A model generated the notes under the pieces. The model searched no databases. It was given only the letters and a program-made list of their open reading frames with translations, and was not told where the DNA came from. Below are positions 28,666 through 33,522 of a DNA stretch of 33,522 nt, piece after piece. The translations under genes were made by a program, and so were the position numbers. Position 1 is the first letter of the stretch. Every line of letters starts with the position of its first letter. This DNA is from Dehalococcoidia bacterium UBA1152 (GTDB lineage Bacteria; Chloroflexota; Dehalococcoidia; Lucifugimonadales; UBA2962), in contig DBZU01000009.1 in assembly GCA_002311285.1 (NCBI GenBank), forward strand, positions 48,321-81,842, in the 5' to 3' direction.

Positions 28666-28700
28666 AATTAGTTTCTAGATATACTTAAGGCAAAATGATA

Positions 28701-28709
28701 TGCTATAGT
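28701..28709 (+). promoter_or_regulatory. Possible extended -10 promoter for infC-rpmI-rplT
   Basis: TGcTATAGT located 72 nt upstream of the infC start. Confidence 0.35.
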
Positions 28710-28781
28710 CTGAGCAGCCTGAAACAAAATCTTGGTGATTCTCGTTACCATTAGAGTTTCAAAAACAAAAGGAGCACCAAT

Positions 28782-29348
28782 ATAGCTAAAAACTATCGAG
28801 TCAACCAACGTATAAAAGTCCGGGAGGTTCGACTAGTAGACGAGGAAGGAAATCAGCTAGGGGTAAAATTAATTAAAGATGCAATTACCCTGGCAGAAGA
28901 GCGCGGTCTTGATCTTGTTGAGGTCGCCTCATCATCTTCTCCGCCTGTATGCAGAATCATGGATTATGGTAGATTTCGATATGAAATTAATAGAAAAGAA
29001 CGCAATGCTAGAAAAGTGCAGAAATCTAAATCTAACAATGAACTTCGAGAAGTTAGGTTAAAAACAAGAATAAGCGGGCATGACCGTATATCAAAAACCA
29101 ATCAAGTAAAAAGATTATTGGCTGAAGGAGCAAAAGTTAAAGTCAGCGTAATGTTTAGAGGCCGAGAAATTACGCATCCAGAAGTGGGAACGGAAGTCCT
29201 AAAAGCTGTAGCTAAGGACTTAGGAGATGAAGCTTTGGTAGAAAAGGCTCCTGCTTTTGAAGGAAGGTTTTTAACAATGGTTGTTATACCGAACAGACAA
29301 AAACCAAACTCCAAAAATCAATCTGCTGCTTCACTTGCAACAAATTAG
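28782..29348 (+). CDS. infC: Translation initiation factor IF-3 with non-canonical ATA start (188 aa)
   Basis: AAGGAG RBS, 7-nt spacer, ATA. The in-frame N-domain 'YRVNQRIKVREVRLVDEEGNQLG...GLDLVEVA...PPVCRIMDYG' precedes the track ORF at 28959. Confidence 0.93.
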   Translation: MAKNYRVNQRIKVREVRLVDEEGNQLGVKLIKDAITLAEERGLDLVEVASSSSPPVCRIMDYGRFRYEINRKERNARKVQKSKSNNELREVRLKTRISGHDRISKTNQVKRLLAEGAKVKVSVMFRGREITHPEVGTEVLKAVAKDLGDEALVEKAPAFEGRFLTMVVIPNRQKPNSKNQSAASLATN

Positions 29349-29360
29349 AGAGCTCATAAT

Positions 29361-29564
29361 TTGCCAAAAATGAAAACACATAAAGGTGTCGCCGCTCGTT
29401 TTAGAATAACCGGAACAGGTAAAATACGTCGGATGAAAGGACATCGTAGTCACTTGCGTAGGAAAAAAAGTGCAAAAGTGAGACGTCTATATTCTCAGAA
29501 ATTGCCTGTATCAGCAGCTGATAAATCACGATTAAAGAAATTACTCCCATACGGCCTTCCATAA
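29361..29564 (+). CDS. rpmI: 50S ribosomal protein L35
   Basis: 'PKMKTHKG...RFRITGTGK'; TTG start. Confidence 0.96.
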   Translation: MPKMKTHKGVAARFRITGTGKIRRMKGHRSHLRRKKSAKVRRLYSQKLPVSAADKSRLKKLLPYGLP

Positions 29565-29594
29565 GCTAAATCACTAAACTCGCCAAAAGTAATT

Positions 29595-29960
29595 ATGACA
29601 AGAATCAAACGAGGCGTTACTAAACGTAATCGCCATAGAAAAATCCTGAAGTTAACCAAGGGACACAGAAGTGTACGTCATTCGCTATATAGGCGCGCAC
29701 ATGAATCACTGATCCACGCTTTATCATACGCATATGCCCATCGTAAAGAAAAAAAGAGTGACATGAGAAGATTGTGGAATATCCGGATAGGAGCGGCTGC
29801 TCAGGAAAATGGTATTTCCTATAGTCGATTAATTCATGGATTAAAGCTGGCTAGTATAGAAATTGATCGACGAATGTTATCGGAACTTGCACTATTAGAG
29901 CCGGATGCATTCAGGCAGGTTGTTCACAAAGCTAAAGAACAGCTTTCCATGTCTAATTAA
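29595..29960 (+). CDS. rplT: 50S ribosomal protein L20
   Basis: 'MTRIKRG', 'RRLWNIRI', 'SYSRLIHGL'. Confidence 0.97.
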   Translation: MTRIKRGVTKRNRHRKILKLTKGHRSVRHSLYRRAHESLIHALSYAYAHRKEKKSDMRRLWNIRIGAAAQENGISYSRLIHGLKLASIEIDRRMLSELALLEPDAFRQVVHKAKEQLSMSN

Positions 29961-29968
29961 TCAGGCTA

Positions 29969-30619
29969 TTACTTTGATAATACCCGCACATCGTTTGCGA
30001 GGTCTTTAGGGTCAAATGGAAGAGTGAACATAGATCGAATATTTCCAGCTCTATCTATAACATAGACTGGTGCTTGATGTTGTATGGAATAAGTTGTGAT
30101 CAAGCTTTGCTGTAACCCATCTGTATCCATAACTGCTTCTCCAATATTCGATTCTTTAATAAACCCTGGTGAAACATAATACGCCTGCCAGATAGTTTGT
30201 AAATCCTTTTCTGTTCCAACCAGATATTTCCATTTATCTACCATTCCATAGTCTTCTAAAAATTTGTGTGCATTTATCACGGTGTCTCGGTCTGGGTCAA
30301 CGCTCACAACTAAAGTAACAATATCATTGGTTTCACCTACCAATATATTGTGAGTTTCTCTTAAATGATGTGCTACCAATGGACATATATCGTTACAAGA
30401 TGTGAACAAAAACGTAAGCATTATTACTTTATCTGAATAGTCAGATAACTTAACTATACCTCCAAACTGATCCACCAGCTTGAAATCCATTGCTTTTGGA
30501 GAATCTTTTAATACTGTGCCGATCAAGTTGCCCTCTCGTTGCATATTGCAGCCAGTAACTAACATCAATACGATGAGAGAAAGTAATAAAAGACTAATAT
30601 ACACTCGAGATGAAGCCAT
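29969..30619 (-). CDS. SCO1/SenC copper chaperone lipoprotein
   Basis: Lipobox LVTGC, 'FTSCNDICP' CxxxC, 'SVDPDRDT', distal His. Confidence 0.93.
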   Translation of the reverse strand: MASSRVYISLLLLSLIVLMLVTGCNMQREGNLIGTVLKDSPKAMDFKLVDQFGGIVKLSDYSDKVIMLTFLFTSCNDICPLVAHHLRETHNILVGETNDIVTLVVSVDPDRDTVINAHKFLEDYGMVDKWKYLVGTEKDLQTIWQAYYVSPGFIKESNIGEAVMDTDGLQQSLITTYSIQHQAPVYVIDRAGNIRSMFTLPFDPKDLANDVRVLSK

Positions 30620-30653
30620 AAGAAAAACTGTATTCTGAGATTAACTGATGTTT

Positions 30654-30872
30654 CTAATTGACTGTCTCTTTATCAAAATAATTCTGTAATAAAAATGCCC
30701 CTGATGGAACCAAAATCACAAAAGCCATCCCTACGATAACTGCGCCCCATTCATGAGTCCCGGCTTTCGCCAAGGCAATAAAAATCACCCCTATTACTCC
30801 GCCAATTACTGCAACGCTAATTACTGATATCAATGGTAAAAGTATTGCCAGTTTTATCTGATCAAACGTCAA
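30654..30872 (-). CDS. Small two-TM membrane protein in the oxidase cluster
   Basis: Two hydrophobic segments; TTG start with GGGAG RBS. Confidence 0.7.
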   Translation of the reverse strand: MTFDQIKLAILLPLISVISVAVIGGVIGVIFIALAKAGTHEWGAVIVGMAFVILVPSGAFLLQNYFDKETVN

Positions 30873-30997
30873 TTTGTTCTCCCTAACGAGAAATTCTCTA
30901 GTTCCTATTAAGAGTTTACACTACTTACAAAGCCGGATGATGTCTTATTTTTAATGGAATCAATTCCAATCCGCTTTTTTTTTCAAGTTTTGTATTA

Positions 30998-31804
30998 TTA
31001 AGCGTCATCACGAGCCCATCTCAAAAAGATACGTATAAATAATGCCATAAATAGCACTCCTCCTCCAACCTTCATTATTAACCCACCAATTTGTTGATCG
31101 GCTAAATTACTTAAACTCCAGACGTTCGGAGCATTTACATAAAACTCGTACAGCGGCATATCTGAAAATGTTATAGGAGCAAACACAAGTATTTGAGCAA
31201 TCGATAAAGCAACTAAATACAACATCTTTGCGGGTTCTGACAATGGAGGCAATTCTTCTGATGAACTCATTAATGGCCACCAAACCATAACAGCAGTTGA
31301 TATAAACATAATATGCTCAGCTACGTGTATGAAATGAAAATCTACAGACGTTGCATAAAGCGCTGGGAAATGCCAAAAGGCAAATGTTAGGTTAAACGCG
31401 GCAAATGCGGTTATGGGATGTGTTAATCGTCGGGCGAGCCAGGCAATCACTTTAATTTTCAAAAGGGGTTTAAACACCCACCCAGGTGTACCTGCGATCA
31501 TCAACGGAGGCGCTATTAATGTGAGAAGCACATGTTGGAACATGTGGGCAGAAAACAAAAACTTATCACTTAGTTCGTGTAATGGAGATATCAAAGCAAA
31601 TAAAATTATCAGGATTGAACATGTAAACATCGTTATTTGCGTTGATGCGACTGGAGTTCCAGATAATTGAAACTTCACCCTGCCTGGGCCAACAATCCAT
31701 AGATATAAACTTAATAAAATAGCAAGCCCAATCAGTACATCAGGATGGAAATGCCATTTAGCCCATATTGAATACCAAAATTCACTAAAGTCGTAATCAG
31801 TCAT
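30998..31804 (-). CDS. ctaG: caa3-type cytochrome c oxidase assembly factor CtaG
   Basis: 'LFSAHMFQH', 'FWHFP', 'EH', 'DQQIGGLIMK'. Confidence 0.92.
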   Translation of the reverse strand: MTDYDFSEFWYSIWAKWHFHPDVLIGLAILLSLYLWIVGPGRVKFQLSGTPVASTQITMFTCSILIILFALISPLHELSDKFLFSAHMFQHVLLTLIAPPLMIAGTPGWVFKPLLKIKVIAWLARRLTHPITAFAAFNLTFAFWHFPALYATSVDFHFIHVAEHIMFISTAVMVWWPLMSSSEELPPLSEPAKMLYLVALSIAQILVFAPITFSDMPLYEFYVNAPNVWSLSNLADQQIGGLIMKVGGGVLFMALFIRIFLRWARDDA

Positions 31805-31843
31805 TCCTGCTAACCTTCAAGCATAATATTGAAGTGAAGCAAC

Positions 31844-32182
31844 TTATGCTATGTGAAACCACTGAAACAAGGCCATTAAAGCAAAGATAACTCCGATTGC
31901 CAAAAATAAACCTGTTAAAAATAATACACTGAAAAGCTTATGGTCATATTTGAGGTGCATATAAAACATAATTACCATTGCAAACTTTGCAACTGAAAAT
32001 ACAGCAAGAACTGGAATAATGCCATAACTTAGCCAGTCAAAGAAAAAGACAATCACTTCTAGTCCAGTTAGCACAACCAGCCCTATTGCTACTTTAAAAT
32101 AAGTAGCAGCACTCGGATGCTCTGAATGTGAAGAGTCAGCCATGCTGGCCCTTGATGCTTTATTTATTTTTTCTGTAGCCAT
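31844..32182 (-). CDS. ctaF: Cytochrome c oxidase subunit IV family
   Basis: Three TMs, 'LTGLEV', 'KF.MVIMFYMHLKYD'. Confidence 0.85.
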   Translation of the reverse strand: MATEKINKASRASMADSSHSEHPSAATYFKVAIGLVVLTGLEVIVFFFDWLSYGIIPVLAVFSVAKFAMVIMFYMHLKYDHKLFSVLFLTGLFLAIGVIFALMALFQWFHIA

Positions 32183-32184
32183 TT

Positions 32185-32913
32185 TTATGATGGAAATCCT
32201 TCAAATACTCCAAATAGATATACAACAGCAAAAATCACTATCCATACGATATCAACAAAATGCCAATACAAAGCCGCTAAATCGGTATCTAGGTCCCTTT
32301 CTGGCGTAACTCCACCTTTCTTAAATGAATAAAAAAATAGCGCAAGAAGCCATATCACTCCTATTGTTACGTGTGTCCCATGCAAGCCGGTAAGCACAAA
32401 GAATGTGGTGCCAAAAAGATTTGTTTTAGGTGTTAATCCATGTTGTGCCTCATACTCCTCAACACCTTCTGTACAATTTTTATCAAATAAGCCTTGTTCA
32501 AAGTCAGTCAATTCCCCAGGGTGAACACAGTCAATATGTACGTGGTGATTCGCAAACTCATAAAATTCAAAAGTTTGAAAGCCTAGAAAGGTGCTTCCAA
32601 GAATTATGGTTGACAGCATCCATGTTCGATAACCTTTAAGAGATCCTTTTCTAAGAGCAGAATATGCTAATACCATTGACATACTGGACATTAGCAATAC
32701 AAAGGTACTCACTGTAGTAACTGGAATACTAAACACATCTATGGGCATTGGGCCAGTTAGACTTTTACCCTTATATACAAGATATGTAGCTATTAAAGTC
32801 GCAAAAAACATGCAGTCTGAACCGAGAAAAACCCACATCAACAACTTTCTGTGATTCAAACCCGTTGTAGTTTGATGATCGCCGTTATGGTTAGAAACTG
32901 CGGCTTGTGTCAA
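32185..32913 (-). CDS. ctaE: Heme-copper oxidase subunit III (5-TM form)
   Basis: 'WVFLGSDCMFF', 'FFVLTGLHGTHV', 'LYWHFVDIVW'. Confidence 0.94.
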   Translation of the reverse strand: MTQAAVSNHNGDHQTTTGLNHRKLLMWVFLGSDCMFFATLIATYLVYKGKSLTGPMPIDVFSIPVTTVSTFVLLMSSMSMVLAYSALRKGSLKGYRTWMLSTIILGSTFLGFQTFEFYEFANHHVHIDCVHPGELTDFEQGLFDKNCTEGVEEYEAQHGLTPKTNLFGTTFFVLTGLHGTHVTIGVIWLLALFFYSFKKGGVTPERDLDTDLAALYWHFVDIVWIVIFAVVYLFGVFEGFPS

Positions 32914-32977
32914 AAACTTTCTCCGTATCGTTATTTAATCTTGTTTATCTTTAAAACCGATTTCATATTTAAAATTA

Positions 32978-33522
32978 TTAGTCTGGATCATTAACCGGCT
33001 CAAGTGACCACGCAGCTACACCCACCATCATAATTGATAGCCCTACGGCAGCAACTACATAACTATAGACCAGTCCATAACCCGCAATAAGTATGCCTAT
33101 AGAAGTCACTAATGGTAAAAATGATGGTTGAGGTAAATGTATATCACTTTTTTCGCCAGAGCCGCCTGATGGAACCTGTCCTGCGACAAGACCTCTCTTT
33201 TGTGCCCACCACTCATCGACAACGTGAACTTTCGGTATTTCTTCAAAATTATATTCAGGTGGTGGAGACTCTATAGACCATTCTAGTGTCCGGGCATCCC
33301 ACGGATCTCCTGGCGCTTTTTCACCTGAACGCCAACTTTTTACCATGTTGTGAAGAAAAACCAATACGGATATGACTAACAACATTGAACCTGCTGTCTG
33401 TAATGCATTTAGGCTATCCCATCCCATTTCATTACTGTACGTGTATATTCGCCTAGGCATTCCATCCATTCCAACAAAATGCATTGGGAAAAATGTTATA
33501 TTCTGACCAAGAAAGAATAACC
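32978..33522 (-). CDS. ctaD: Cytochrome c oxidase subunit I, C-terminal part (truncated by window edge)
   Basis: Frame is open to the edge: 'TFFPMHFVGMDGMPRRIYTY', 'DPWDARTLEW..SPPPEYNF', plus two extra C-terminal TMs as in Bacillus-type CtaD. Confidence 0.93.
   Translation of the reverse strand, partial: LFFLGQNITFFPMHFVGMDGMPRRIYTYSNEMGWDSLNALQTAGSMLLVISVLVFLHNMVKSWRSGEKAPGDPWDARTLEWSIESPPPEYNFEEIPKVHVVDEWWAQKRGLVAGQVPSGGSGEKSDIHLPQPSFLPLVTSIGILIAGYGLVYSYVVAAVGLSIMMVGVAAWSLEPVNDPD

Noticed and set aside
30929-30983. Hairpin followed by T9 between ctaG and the two-TM gene
   Set aside because: The T-tract is on the strand opposite to local transcription and the stem is weak and interrupted.
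1743-32639. Numerous short antisense or alternate-frame ORFs in the track (e.g. 3973-4398, 5139-5459, 13467-13790, 17146-17472, 28879-29061)
   Set aside because: They are shadows of well-supported genes and have no recognisable motifs.
32978-33150. Extra C-terminal TM helices on oxidase subunit I as a novel fusion
   Set aside because: This is the known Bacillus/E. coli-type split, where subunit III's first helices are carried on subunit I.

Overview
AT-rich, densely packed bacterial chromosome segment. Gene content and protein style (F420-type PPOX, CtBP-like dehydrogenase, D-aminoacylase, caa3/aa3-type oxidase cluster) suggest an aerobic Chloroflexota/Dehalococcoidia (SAR202-like) organism; this is inference only. 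Most of it is housekeeping: hflKC, ybeY-dnaX-ybaB-recR-recO, eno-gap, pdxST, tmk, glyA, rnc, thrS-infC-rpmI-rplT and ctaDEFG-sco. The standout is a candidate mycothiol-like thiol system at about 16.0-23.9 kb. It comprises an MshA-like glycosyltransferase, an MshD-like tandem GNAT, a PIG-L deacetylase tightly coupled to a PHP phosphatase (candidate for the unidentified MshA2 step), a Fem/CelD-type GNAT (no MshC in the window) and a small ribbon-helix-helix/CxxC protein with a tandem repeat upstream. Nearby is a DsbA/Rv2466c-like reductase whose catalytic Cys codon is an in-frame TGA followed by a SECIS-like hairpin, i.e. a probable selenoprotein truncated by the ORF track. Other recoding or regulatory signals are an ATA-initiated infC, a possible -1 frameshift site in dnaX, a palindromic operator over the pdxS promoter and a 16-bp intergenic hairpin. 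No rRNA, tRNA, CRISPR or mobile element was recognised.
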